DNA from: Clostridiales bacterium
Lineage (GTDB): Bacteria; Bacillota; Clostridia; Saccharofermentanales; Saccharofermentanaceae
Length of the DNA stretch: 64,000 nt
Direction of reading: 5' to 3'
Assembly: GCA_017940895.1 (NCBI GenBank)
Contig: JAGAXM010000020.1
Span: 788 to 64,787 of the forward strand
Numbering within the stretch: position 1 is the stretch's first letter; each line of letters starts with the position of its first letter. The position numbers and the translations under genes were made by a program. Below the pieces are notes generated by a model. The model searched no databases. It was not told the origin of the DNA and worked only from the letters and a program-made list of their open reading frames with translations. Below are positions 19,370 through 29,630 of the stretch, piece after piece.

Positions 19370-21982
19370 ATGGCTGATTATGTAAGTATAAACCGTAACA
19401 ACAGAGCGATTAAGATAGCAGTTATCGGAAGTATACTTATCGCGATCATTCTGGTCGTAAGTACGCTTTGGATGGTGCAGACAGCCAAGCGCGATAATGA
19501 GATCGCGGTAAAGACCGTCAGCCTTATGTACCTGGATGAGCTTGCGGGAAGAAGAGAGCAGGTAGTAGATAATAATCTTCAGAACAGGATACGAGATCTG
19601 CGTACCGCGGTAGGACTTATGGATGAAGAGGACTTAAGCGACCTTGATCATCTTCAGGCTTATCAGTCCAGAATGAAGCAGCTATATGTACTCGATAGGT
19701 TCGCATTCGTCGACGAGAACGGACTTATCTATACGTCTTTGGGACCTCAGGATAATATCGCCGAGTATGCGTTCGACTATCTGACTATAAGTGAGCCTGA
19801 GATCTCCATATTCAATCTTAACAGCAGCGAGAAGAAGGTTGTTATCGCTGTGCCTGTTGATATTCCATTCGACGGGCATACGCTTATGGTGTGCTTCATG
19901 GAAATCGACATGGACGAGATGCTCTCGGGTGTGTCGATGGCTTCCGGTGAGGATGATACGACTTTCTGTAATATCTATACGCATGACGGCGTCGCGCTGA
20001 CGGATTCTATCCTCGGCGGTCTTGCTCAGGAGGATAACCTTATCGAAGCGATGAGGAACGCCGATTACGATGACGGTTATTCTTATGAGCGTTTCCTCGA
20101 TGAGTTCGAGAACGGCGTGTCGGGTGAAGTTTCTTTTACCTATAACGGTATAAGGGAGACGTTAAGCTATGTTCCCGTTGATAATACGGACTGGAATCTT
20201 ACTTATCTTGTAAGGGAGAGCGTCATCTCCGAGAATATCTCGGGGCTTACGAACGGCATGATCATAAGAGGTGTTATCCTGTCGATTCTGACAGTCCTTG
20301 CAGTAGCGGTTCTGTTCCTTGTTATCCTCTCGGAGACGAGGCGTAATACAAGGCTTCTCCTTGAGAGCCAGACTGCGCAGGCTGAAGTCAAAGCGGCAGT
20401 CGAGGCTAATAAAGCGAAGTCGGCATTCCTTTCTAATATGTCGCATGAGATAAGAACCCCGATGAATGCGATCATCGGTCTTGATAATATTGCGCTTAAC
20501 GATCCCGAAACGCCGGAAAGCACCAAGGAATATCTCCGTAAGATATCGAGCTCCGCGGAGCATCTTCTTAGTATCATCAACGACATCCTCGATATGTCCC
20601 GTATCGAGTCGGGAAGGCTGACGTTAAAGAATGAGGAATTCTCTTTCTCGAAGCTTCTCGAGACCATAAACGTGATGATATCCGGTCAGTGTAATGACAA
20701 GGGAGTCGAGTATCAGTGCCATATAAGTCCCGACATTGAAGACTATTATGTGGGCGACAACGTCAAGATCAGGCAGGTGCTCATTAATGTCCTCGGCAAT
20801 GCCGTTAAGTTTACTCCCGAAGGCGGACAGGTATCTCTCGATGTTAAACGTAAGGCGCACTACGACGGACATTCCACGATAGAGTTCACGGTAGCGGATA
20901 CGGGTATCGGAATAAGTGAGGACTTCATGCCGCACCTTTTCGACACGTTCGCGCAGGAAGACAGTTCAGCGACGAACCGATACGGCAGCTCGGGGCTTGG
21001 TCTTGCGATTACCAAGAATATTGTCGAGATGATGAACGGCGACATAAGCGCCGTAAGCACCAAGGGTAAGGGCACGACTTTTACGATCGTTATCACGCTT
21101 GATGACGCGGAGCACGAAGATGAGGATATGGTCGATAAGATCGATCCTTCGACAATGAGCGTGCTCGTTATAGATGATGACCCTGTCGCATGCGAGCATA
21201 CGAAGCTGATCCTCGGTAATGCGGGTATCGCATGTGAGATCGCATCTTCCGGCGCAGAGGCGGTCGAGAAGGTTAAACTGCGTCACGCAAGGCGAGATCC
21301 TTATAACCTGATCCTTGTCGACTGGCAGATGCCTGAGATGGACGGTATCGAGACGACAAGGAAGATAAGGGAGATCATCGGCAATGAGTCGGCGATCATT
21401 ATTCTTACAGCATACCGCTGGGATGACATCCTTGAAGAAGCTCTTTCTGCGGGTGTTGACAGCTTCATCGCGAAGCCCGTATTCGTCAACAGCGTTATCG
21501 ATGAGTTCAAGACTGCGCTTCGTAATAAGAATGCCATGCTCGAAGGACTGTCGAAGGTTGATCTTACGGGCAGACATATCCTTCTTGCAGAGGATGTCGA
21601 TGTCAATGCCGAGATCATGATGATGGTATTAAGCAGCAGGCAGATTGAAGTGGAACGCGCCGAGAACGGCAAGGTCGCCGTTGAGATGTTCCGTGAACAT
21701 GAAGAAGGCTACTACGATGCCATCCTTATGGATATGCGAATGCCCGAGATGGACGGTCTTGAAGCGACAAGGATCATCCGTGCCATGGACAGAAAGGATT
21801 CGAAGAAGATCCCGATCATCGCACTTACGGCCAATGCTTTCGACGAGGATGTACAAAGAAGCCTGCAGGCAGGTCTTAATGCACACTTAAGTAAACCGGT
21901 CCAGCCCGAATCATTATTCGAGACTTTGGAACTCTATATAGGAAAGAGGGAAAAGGAAGATGAAAAGATTCAGAACGATTAG
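19370..21982 (+). CDS. Hybrid histidine kinase with extracytoplasmic Cache-like sensor and two REC domains
   Basis: Two TMs flank ~270 aa; SHEIRTP; two intact receivers (LVDWQMP, LMDMRMP). Confidence 0.92.
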   Translation: MADYVSINRNNRAIKIAVIGSILIAIILVVSTLWMVQTAKRDNEIAVKTVSLMYLDELAGRREQVVDNNLQNRIRDLRTAVGLMDEEDLSDLDHLQAYQSRMKQLYVLDRFAFVDENGLIYTSLGPQDNIAEYAFDYLTISEPEISIFNLNSSEKKVVIAVPVDIPFDGHTLMVCFMEIDMDEMLSGVSMASGEDDTTFCNIYTHDGVALTDSILGGLAQEDNLIEAMRNADYDDGYSYERFLDEFENGVSGEVSFTYNGIRETLSYVPVDNTDWNLTYLVRESVISENISGLTNGMIIRGVILSILTVLAVAVLFLVILSETRRNTRLLLESQTAQAEVKAAVEANKAKSAFLSNMSHEIRTPMNAIIGLDNIALNDPETPESTKEYLRKISSSAEHLLSIINDILDMSRIESGRLTLKNEEFSFSKLLETINVMISGQCNDKGVEYQCHISPDIEDYYVGDNVKIRQVLINVLGNAVKFTPEGGQVSLDVKRKAHYDGHSTIEFTVADTGIGISEDFMPHLFDTFAQEDSSATNRYGSSGLGLAITKNIVEMMNGDISAVSTKGKGTTFTIVITLDDAEHEDEDMVDKIDPSTMSVLVIDDDPVACEHTKLILGNAGIACEIASSGAEAVEKVKLRHARRDPYNLILVDWQMPEMDGIETTRKIREIIGNESAIIILTAYRWDDILEEALSAGVDSFIAKPVFVNSVIDEFKTALRNKNAMLEGLSKVDLTGRHILLAEDVDVNAEIMMMVLSSRQIEVERAENGKVAVEMFREHEEGYYDAILMDMRMPEMDGLEATRIIRAMDRKDSKKIPIIALTANAFDEDVQRSLQAGLNAHLSKPVQPESLFETLELYIGKREKEDEKIQND

Positions 21983-23648
21983 TCATTTTAAGAAGAGAGT
22001 CCTGATCGTAGATGATGAGGATATCAACCGTCAGATCCTGGGTAATATGCTCGGTGGAACTTACGAAGTCGATCTTGCCTGTGACGGTAAAGAGGCTTGG
22101 GACAAACTGAATGAGGACGGCAGCGATTATTCGCTGATCCTTGCAGATCTTCTCATGCCTGTTATGGACGGGTTCGAACTTATAGAGAAAGTTAAAGCGG
22201 ATCCCGTTCTTAAAGCGGTACCCGTTATCGTCATTACTTCGGATAAAGAATCTGAGGTTAAAAGTATAAAGCTCGGAGCTGCCGATTTTATCAAGAAGCC
22301 GTTCGGTATGCCGGATGTTATTCTCGCCAGATGCGAGAGGATCATCGAGCTGTACGAAGACACCACGATCATCAGATCCGCCGAGAAGGACCACGTCACG
22401 GGGCTTTATACGAGAGATCTGTTCTTCGAGTATGTAAGGCAAATCGATGTTCATCAGAGAGAACTTAATATGGACTGCGTGGTCTTTAATATCGATCACT
22501 TCCATCTTGTCAATGAGATGTACGGACGTGAGGCGGGAGATTTGATCCTTAAGAAAGTTGCCGACGCCATAACCGGAGCCATGGAAGGACATGCATCACT
22601 GGCGTGCAGAACAGAAGGCGATTCGTTCTATCTTTACTGTGAGCATCAGGACGGGTATGAGGCTTTGATGGATCGTATAACGGAGACTGTGGGAAGCGAT
22701 CAAGGTCCCGCCAAGATCAGACTTCGCGCAGGTGTCTATCTGGATGCGGATCGTAGCATGGATCCCGAGACAATGTTCGACCGCGCGAAGCTCGCATGCG
22801 ACAGGATCAAGGGCGATTACACCGTTACAGTCGCATACTATAACAATGAACTTTATCAGAAAGCGATCTATCAGGAGCACCTGATCGAGAATATCGACCA
22901 GTCTATCGAGGACGAAGACTTCAAGGTCTATTTCCAGCCTAAGTATGACATCACGGGAGATACCCCGAAGCTTAGAAGCGCCGAGGCTCTCATAAGGTGG
23001 AATCACCCCGAACTCGGCATGATAAGCCCGGGCGACTTTATCCCGCTGTTCGAGAGCAACGGCCTTATCCAGAAGGTTGATAACTTTGTCTGGAATAAGG
23101 CTGCGGCATGCATAAGGGAGTGGAAGAATAAGTACGGATATTCCGTGCCTGTATCGGTCAATGTATCCAGGATCGACATCTTCGACAGCAAGCTCGAGGA
23201 GAAACTGCAGAATATCCTTAAGAACAACGGCATCACCGAGAAGGATCTGATGCTCGAGATCACAGAGTCCGCTTATTCAGACAATGCGGACTCACTTACG
23301 GAAGTCACGAACAGGTTAAGAGAAAGCGGCTTTATGATCGAGATGGATGACTTCGGTTCCGGGTACTCATCGCTGAACATGATCACGACACTTCCCATCG
23401 ATGTTCTAAAGCTCGATATGAAGTTCGTGCGTAATATGGAAAAGGACGAGAAGAGTCTCAAGCTCGTTGAGCTCATTATAGGTATCGCGGGCTTCCTTAA
23501 CGTTCCTGTGGTTGCAGAGGGCGTCGAGACCGAGAGTCAGCTTAAGAAATTAAAGGATATGGGATGTCAGGTAATCCAAGGCTACTATTTCTCGCGCCCC
23601 GTACCGGCATCGGAGTTCGAAGAATTCATTAAGAAGGAATGCGTATGA
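21960..23648 (+). CDS. REC-GGDEF(degenerate)-EAL phosphodiesterase
   Basis: The GGDEF position reads RTEGDSF; EAL is intact (AEALIRW, DDFGSGYSS, EGVET, QGY). Confidence 0.92.
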   Translation: MKRFRTISHFKKRVLIVDDEDINRQILGNMLGGTYEVDLACDGKEAWDKLNEDGSDYSLILADLLMPVMDGFELIEKVKADPVLKAVPVIVITSDKESEVKSIKLGAADFIKKPFGMPDVILARCERIIELYEDTTIIRSAEKDHVTGLYTRDLFFEYVRQIDVHQRELNMDCVVFNIDHFHLVNEMYGREAGDLILKKVADAITGAMEGHASLACRTEGDSFYLYCEHQDGYEALMDRITETVGSDQGPAKIRLRAGVYLDADRSMDPETMFDRAKLACDRIKGDYTVTVAYYNNELYQKAIYQEHLIENIDQSIEDEDFKVYFQPKYDITGDTPKLRSAEALIRWNHPELGMISPGDFIPLFESNGLIQKVDNFVWNKAAACIREWKNKYGYSVPVSVNVSRIDIFDSKLEEKLQNILKNNGITEKDLMLEITESAYSDNADSLTEVTNRLRESGFMIEMDDFGSGYSSLNMITTLPIDVLKLDMKFVRNMEKDEKSLKLVELIIGIAGFLNVPVVAEGVETESQLKKLKDMGCQVIQGYYFSRPVPASEFEEFIKKECV

Positions 23649-23989
23649 TCACTGTCGATAATCTTAAGAAGTTCGGTGCAAACACAGAAGAAGGTATAGC
23701 AAGATGCATGGGTAACGAGCAGTTTTACTTAAAGCTCGTCGCGACCGTACCCGGACAGAAGGCGTTCGATGTACTGCGCGAAAAAGCATCGGCGGGTGAC
23801 CTCGATGCCGCTTTCGAGGCGGCGCATGCGCTTAAGGGCGTGCTCGGGAACCTCTCGCTGACTCCGCTTTATGAGAAGGTGTGCGAGATAACCGAGCTTC
23901 TTCGTGCGAAGACAGATATGGATTATACGGAGATCTTAAGTGAGATTACGGCTTTGAAGGAAGCCTTGCAAGAAATATGCGAACAGTGA
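23645..23989 (+). CDS. Stand-alone HPt phosphotransfer protein
   Basis: AHALKGVLGNL; ATG at 23645 overlaps the upstream stop. Confidence 0.88.
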   Translation: MITVDNLKKFGANTEEGIARCMGNEQFYLKLVATVPGQKAFDVLREKASAGDLDAAFEAAHALKGVLGNLSLTPLYEKVCEITELLRAKTDMDYTEILSEITALKEALQEICEQ

Positions 23990-24001
23990 GGTGATTAAAC
24001 T

Positions 24002-27000
24002 ATGACTGTTATGCAGGATGCGATCTTTAAGAAGATAGCTGAGGCGCTGCTCGTTGACTATACGAGTGTTTACTATGTCAATGCGGTCACGAATGAATAT
24101 TACTGGTATTCCGTCAATCCGGAGTTTCATTCGTTGAGACTCGAGCAGGGCGGAGAAGATTTCTTCAAGAATCTCGAACGTGACTGCAGGCTTGCGATAT
24201 ACGAAGAGGACCAGCATATCTTCCTCGAGGATATGCAGAAGGAAACTCTCCTCGCGGCGATGAAGAAAGGAAGCATGCAGAATATCGAATACCGCCTGAT
24301 GATCAATGGTGTCCCGGTATGGCACACGCTTCGTATGATCAGAGGTCTCGATGAGAATAATGATTACTTTATCCTCGGTGTCATCAACATCAATGAGGAA
24401 TACAAAAGAAGGCAGATCGAGAAGGAGATCGCGCGTCAGAAGGTAGTCTATAACCAGATCACCGCAAGTCTCGCGGGTCAGTACGACACACTGTACTACA
24501 TCAACATCGAGAACAATACTTATGTCGAGATATCCTCGACGGATGAATATAAGAAGATGAACGTGCCTGCGACGGGAAGCGATTTCTTTGCAGAGAGCAG
24601 AAGAAGTATCCGTAAGTATGTCCATCCCGAGGATCAGGAGAAGATCCTTAAGTATCACTATAAGGATGTGATGCTTAATAACTTAAAGCACAGGAATTCC
24701 TTCTCTATCGCATACAGGCTTGTCGTTAATGATATGGTCAAGCACATAAGACATACCGAGATCATGGCAAGTGACGGCAAACATATCATCGTCTGTATCG
24801 AGAATATTGATGAAGAGGTAAAGGCGAGGCTTGAGCTTACACAGACGAAGCAGAAGAGCCAGACATATACGCAGATTGCAGAGACTCTTGCGTCTCATTA
24901 CGACCTGATCTACTACATCGATGCCCAGACGGATCATTATACCGAGTTCGCTACACATAAGCTCTACGGAGAGCTTGAGGTGCACGAGGAGGCGGATGAC
25001 TTCTTCGGTATATCCGAAATGAATATAGACAGAGTCCTCCATCCCGATGACAGGGCGAGAATGAAGCTGTTCCTTGATAAGGATAATTTCATATCCGGAC
25101 TCGACAATAACCGTCAGCTTGTCGAGGATTACCGAATGGTGCTCGCTGACGGTGAACCGCGTTATACGAGAATGACGGTCTCCTGGTCTTCGGATAAGAC
25201 GCACTTTATCGTCTGTATCGAGAACAAGGATGAGGATATCAAGAAGGAAAAGGAGCATGTCGAGGCTTTGACTCTTGCAAATGAGATGGCACGCCGCGAC
25301 AGCCTGACCGGAACTCGAAACAAGACCGCATATAATGAGCTGGAGAAAGATCTGCAGGCTTCCATCGACGGAGATGATAAGATCCCGTTCGGAATCGTTA
25401 TTTGTGATCTTAATGATCTTAAGCTCATTAACGACACACAGGGACATAAGGCGGGAGATGAGTATATCAAGGATGCCTGTAAGCTTATATGCAGACTGTT
25501 CGCTCACAGCCCTGTCTTCAGGATCGGCGGCGATGAGTTTGTCGTCGTTCTTAAGGACGGAGATTATGAGAGCCGCGAGACTTTGATCTCATCATTAAGA
25601 CGTCAGGTCGAGAATAATCTTCGTATAGATCAGGGTCCTGTCATTGCATCGGGTATGGCGGAATTTGATCCGGGTAAGGATAAGTCCGTCGAGGACATCT
25701 TTATGCGCGCTGATGACCTTATGTACGAGGATAAGGCGCATCTTAAGGATATGAAGAATATCCTCGAAAGCTATTCGTTTAAAGACGACGATGCTATTAA
25801 GACGATCACGGAAGAAAGACGCAGGATGCTCGACACGCTGTTTAAGTCTTACGATGTCGTATCTGAAGGCACATATGTCTATCTTTGTGATATGAAGTAC
25901 GACTACTCGAGGTGGTCGAAGAATGCGGTCGATACATACGGGCTTCCTGCCGAGTATATGTACGGCGCGGGCGATATTTGGGAGAATTACATTCATCCTG
26001 ATGACAGAGAGGCATACCACAAGGGTATAGAAGAGATATTTGCCGGAAATACTTTCGGTCATGATATGCAGTACCGTGCCCGTAAGCCAAACGGTGAGTA
26101 TGATGTATGCACATGCAAAGGTGTTGTTATAAGAGATATTTTCGGTGAGCCGGATTACTTTGTAGGTACCATCCGTAACCACGGCGCGCAGGGTCAGATC
26201 GACACACTGACGGGACTTCGTAATCAGTACGGATTCTTCGATGATCTTAACGGGTACATCAAGAGGCAGGCTTCGGTCTATGTCCTTCTTATCGGTATCA
26301 GCAAGTTCTCGGAAGTTAATGAGGTGATGAGGTACCATTTCGGTAACCGCGTGCTTCAGTTGTTTTCAAGAAAGCTGTTCGATACCGTCGGTAATACCGG
26401 AAGCTGCTACAGGATGGACGGAACCAAGTTTGCCATTATAAGCACTACCATTTCGACCGAAGAACTGCAGGAAAGGTATGATGATTTCCGTGATTACTTC
26501 AGAGAGGAATTTCAGGTCGATGATAAAAAGATCATGCTGGAGATCAACTGCGGTGTGCTGAAGCTGGACAGATTCGAGTTCGATACGCAGACCGTATATG
26601 CCTGCCTGAACTTCGCTTATTCTGAGTCGAAAACAAAATGCCAAGGCGATCTCGTATTCTTCGAGAATGACGTTAACGAAGACAACAGGCAGAGACTTGA
26701 GAAACTTCATGCGATCCGTGCGTCCATCATGCACGGCTACCGCGGATTCTATCTTCTTTACCAGCCCGTCGTCGATGCGCATACGGAGAAGCTTGTGGCT
26801 GCTGAGGCCCTGCTTCGCTGGAAGAACGACACCTACGGTATGGTCCCGCCGGATCAGTTCATACCGTTGCTCGAATCCGACCCGCTGTTCCCGGAACTCG
26901 GCGAGTGGATCATTAAGGAAGCGCTAATGTCGGCAAAGAAGATCCTTAAGAAGAATCCGGACTTTGTAATCAATATCAATCTGTCATACACACAGCTCGA

Positions 27001-27460
27001 GAAGCATGACTTCGTCGATATGGTATTCCGTATACTGAAGGATCTGGAGTATCCGCCGGAGCACCTGTGCTTCGAGGTAACAGAGAGGTGCAGACTTCTT
27101 GATATCGATCTTTTGAGAAACGTTGCCGTAAGCCTTAAGGCAAGAGGCATACTGATCGCACTCGATGACTTCGGAACAGGTTTCTCGTCCGTCGGTATCG
27201 TCAAGGAGCTGCCGTTCGATATTATCAAGATCGACCGCGGATTCGTCGAGAAGATCGAGGAAGATCTTGTAGACAGAGAGCTTATCAAGAACTTTGCGGG
27301 CATCGCGTCCATCTTCGGTGCTAAGGTATGTGTCGAAGGTATCGAGACGTCCGGCATGAGAGATATCCTGCAGCAGTTCAATGTCGGAAGTTTCCAGGGC
27401 TACTATTATGCGAAGCCTTTGAAGTTCGACGAGTTCGTCGAGTGGGAAGAGGGGCATTGA
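24002..27460 (+). CDS. PAS/PAS-GGDEF-PAS-GGDEF(degenerate)-EAL protein
   Basis: Repeated VHPED/LHPDD/IHPDD PAS signatures; RIGGDEF intact; second site RMDGTKF; AEALLRW and DDFGTG. Confidence 0.9.
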   Translation: MTVMQDAIFKKIAEALLVDYTSVYYVNAVTNEYYWYSVNPEFHSLRLEQGGEDFFKNLERDCRLAIYEEDQHIFLEDMQKETLLAAMKKGSMQNIEYRLMINGVPVWHTLRMIRGLDENNDYFILGVININEEYKRRQIEKEIARQKVVYNQITASLAGQYDTLYYINIENNTYVEISSTDEYKKMNVPATGSDFFAESRRSIRKYVHPEDQEKILKYHYKDVMLNNLKHRNSFSIAYRLVVNDMVKHIRHTEIMASDGKHIIVCIENIDEEVKARLELTQTKQKSQTYTQIAETLASHYDLIYYIDAQTDHYTEFATHKLYGELEVHEEADDFFGISEMNIDRVLHPDDRARMKLFLDKDNFISGLDNNRQLVEDYRMVLADGEPRYTRMTVSWSSDKTHFIVCIENKDEDIKKEKEHVEALTLANEMARRDSLTGTRNKTAYNELEKDLQASIDGDDKIPFGIVICDLNDLKLINDTQGHKAGDEYIKDACKLICRLFAHSPVFRIGGDEFVVVLKDGDYESRETLISSLRRQVENNLRIDQGPVIASGMAEFDPGKDKSVEDIFMRADDLMYEDKAHLKDMKNILESYSFKDDDAIKTITEERRRMLDTLFKSYDVVSEGTYVYLCDMKYDYSRWSKNAVDTYGLPAEYMYGAGDIWENYIHPDDREAYHKGIEEIFAGNTFGHDMQYRARKPNGEYDVCTCKGVVIRDIFGEPDYFVGTIRNHGAQGQIDTLTGLRNQYGFFDDLNGYIKRQASVYVLLIGISKFSEVNEVMRYHFGNRVLQLFSRKLFDTVGNTGSCYRMDGTKFAIISTTISTEELQERYDDFRDYFREEFQVDDKKIMLEINCGVLKLDRFEFDTQTVYACLNFAYSESKTKCQGDLVFFENDVNEDNRQRLEKLHAIRASIMHGYRGFYLLYQPVVDAHTEKLVAAEALLRWKNDTYGMVPPDQFIPLLESDPLFPELGEWIIKEALMSAKKILKKNPDFVININLSYTQLEKHDFVDMVFRILKDLEYPPEHLCFEVTERCRLLDIDLLRNVAVSLKARGILIALDDFGTGFSSVGIVKELPFDIIKIDRGFVEKIEEDLVDRELIKNFAGIASIFGAKVCVEGIETSGMRDILQQFNVGSFQGYYYAKPLKFDEFVEWEEGH

Positions 27461-27471
27461 GGTAATTAATT

Positions 27472-27864
27472 ATGTGTTTGTTTTGTGATATAGCCGCGCA
27501 TAAGTTTGACGCGAATATAGTCGATGAGACCGAGCGGACGATAACGTTCCTTGATATCGCGCCAGCGAATGAGGGGCATGTTCTGATTATCCCGAAGCTT
27601 CATGTCGATTCGATCCTCGATCTTCCGGATGAATATGTGCTGGAGATAACTGAAGTCGAGCGTCGTGTTATCAAGGCTTACTCGAAGGTTTACGGCGCCA
27701 CGGGTTACGGCGTGATGCAGAACGGCGGCACCAACTGCGAGTTCGGGCATTTCCATTTCCATGTTTTTCCGCGCCTTCCTGACGACGGCTACGACTGGAT
27801 CTACCCGGAGGGGGAGAAGGAAGTTTCCGCAGAGGTGGCAGCCAAGATAAAGGCTGCGATGTGA
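27472..27864 (+). CDS. HIT family hydrolase
   Basis: CLFCDI start, GHVLIIPK, HFHFH triad. Confidence 0.92.
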   Translation: MCLFCDIAAHKFDANIVDETERTITFLDIAPANEGHVLIIPKLHVDSILDLPDEYVLEITEVERRVIKAYSKVYGATGYGVMQNGGTNCEFGHFHFHVFPRLPDDGYDWIYPEGEKEVSAEVAAKIKAAM

Positions 27865-27891
27865 CAGTTGACTCCTCTGTTTATTACCTGA

Positions 27892-29511
27892 TCAACCCCA
27901 CAAAGCGGTGAGCATCGGGATGATCTGCTTCTTACGGCTCATGACGCCGGGGAGCCATACCTGATTGTCCTTCGGCTCGACGTTGAACGCGAACCTTATC
28001 GTGTCGTCGTTGCCCAGGTACAGAAGCTGCGTGCCTTCGATGAGAACGTCCGTGAGCATGAGGATAATCATGTCGTAGCCGTTCTTCTTGCGCATGGTCT
28101 GCATGGTCTCGAGGAATGCGTCTTTACGCTGCATCATCTTCTCGGAATCGACGCATATGATCTGCGATACACCGAGGATCTGACCTGCGATATGGAACTC
28201 CTTGAAGTCGCTTCCGATAAGCTGCTCTGCGGACTTCGAGTCTGACGCGGACGCGTCGAAAAGCTCTTTGCCGATATCTTCGATCGTAACTCCCGCGATC
28301 TTCGCGAGTCTCTCTGCCATCGCGATGTCGCGCTTGGTGCAGGTGGGACTTTTGAACATTACGGTGTCGGACAGGATGGCCGAAGCCATAAGACCTGCCA
28401 TCTGAGGGTAGGGGGTAACACCGTGTTCGCGGTAGATCTCGCCTACGATGGTGGTCGTGGATCCGACGGGTTCATTACGTACATATATGGGCTGGGTCGT
28501 CTGAATGTCTGCCAGACGGTGGTGGTCGATGATCTCGAGGATATCAGCCTGATCAAGTCCCGGAACAGCCTGTGCCGCCTCGTTGTGATCTACGAGGACC
28601 AGCTTCTTGTGGCGTGTCTTCAGCAGGTGATAGCGGGACAGGGTGCCGACTACCTTATCGTTCTCGTCGAGTACGGGGTAAGACCTGAAACGGCTCTTAA
28701 GAACGATCTCCTTAACGTCATCGATATAGTCGCTTAAGTGGAATGCCACCAGATTTCCGTGCGAACATGCTCTGGAGATGGGAGTAGCCTGATATATGAG
28801 CTTGCTTACCTTGAGCGGATCAAGAGGTGTCTGGATCACGCATGTGCGGGTATCGGAATACTGTTTTGCCGTGCCTGCCTGTATGTCGGAACCGCAGAGG
28901 ATAAGGCAGGATACTTCATTATCCAGCGCTCTCTTCATCATGTCGGGCTGGTCGCCGCAGATGACGATGTTATCTTTGCCCTTGAACATCAGTGACTCTT
29001 CGTTCGCGGGAAGCGCAATCACGATGTTGCCGGATACCGAGTCAGACATATCCGCAGGATCCTTGATTATGCGGCCCTCGATAACTCCGAGAAGGTTAAA
29101 AAGCGGAAGATCCGTGATCTGCGGCTGATCGATCGTGTTAAGGTTGAAAGTCGCGATATCGCCCGATGTAAGCGTTCCGAACAAGGTTCCGTCCGCGTTG
29201 ACTACGGGGATGGATGTCGTCTCGGTCTCCGTCATGACCTTCCATGCGCGGTCCAGCGTGACAGAAGGGTCCAGGGCCGTCGGCGTGTCGAAATCGATGT
29301 CGCTTACCTGTGTTCGTACGTCTTTAAGGCGCATCGGCGCGTCAAAACCGAACATTTTTAACATTCTCTTTGTCTCGTCCGAGATGTGGTCGAGTCTTGC
29401 AGCCTTGTATTCGCGGTCTCCGGAGGCATTTCGAAGGTTCGCATATGCCATTGCTGATACCACAGCGTCTGTGTCGGGGTTCTTGTGTCCTACTACAAAA
29501 ATATCGCTCAT
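27892..29511 (-). CDS. ppaC: Mn-dependent (family II, DHH) inorganic pyrophosphatase with CBS-DRTGG insert
   Basis: GHKNPDTDA, two CBS domains, ICGD, LVDHNE, IIDHH, SDT, SRKKQ. Confidence 0.92.
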   Translation of the reverse strand: MSDIFVVGHKNPDTDAVVSAMAYANLRNASGDREYKAARLDHISDETKRMLKMFGFDAPMRLKDVRTQVSDIDFDTPTALDPSVTLDRAWKVMTETETTSIPVVNADGTLFGTLTSGDIATFNLNTIDQPQITDLPLFNLLGVIEGRIIKDPADMSDSVSGNIVIALPANEESLMFKGKDNIVICGDQPDMMKRALDNEVSCLILCGSDIQAGTAKQYSDTRTCVIQTPLDPLKVSKLIYQATPISRACSHGNLVAFHLSDYIDDVKEIVLKSRFRSYPVLDENDKVVGTLSRYHLLKTRHKKLVLVDHNEAAQAVPGLDQADILEIIDHHRLADIQTTQPIYVRNEPVGSTTTIVGEIYREHGVTPYPQMAGLMASAILSDTVMFKSPTCTKRDIAMAERLAKIAGVTIEDIGKELFDASASDSKSAEQLIGSDFKEFHIAGQILGVSQIICVDSEKMMQRKDAFLETMQTMRKKNGYDMIILMLTDVLIEGTQLLYLGNDDTIRFAFNVEPKDNQVWLPGVMSRKKQIIPMLTALWG

Positions 29512-29630
29512 GAATTTAAACCTTTTATTAATAAAATATAGTTGTTATTATCGCACCTTGAAAGGAGTTTTCCAATATGATAGATTTTTAGGGTGATTTC
29601 AATCCCATCCAGAATTAATAGGAGGATAAT

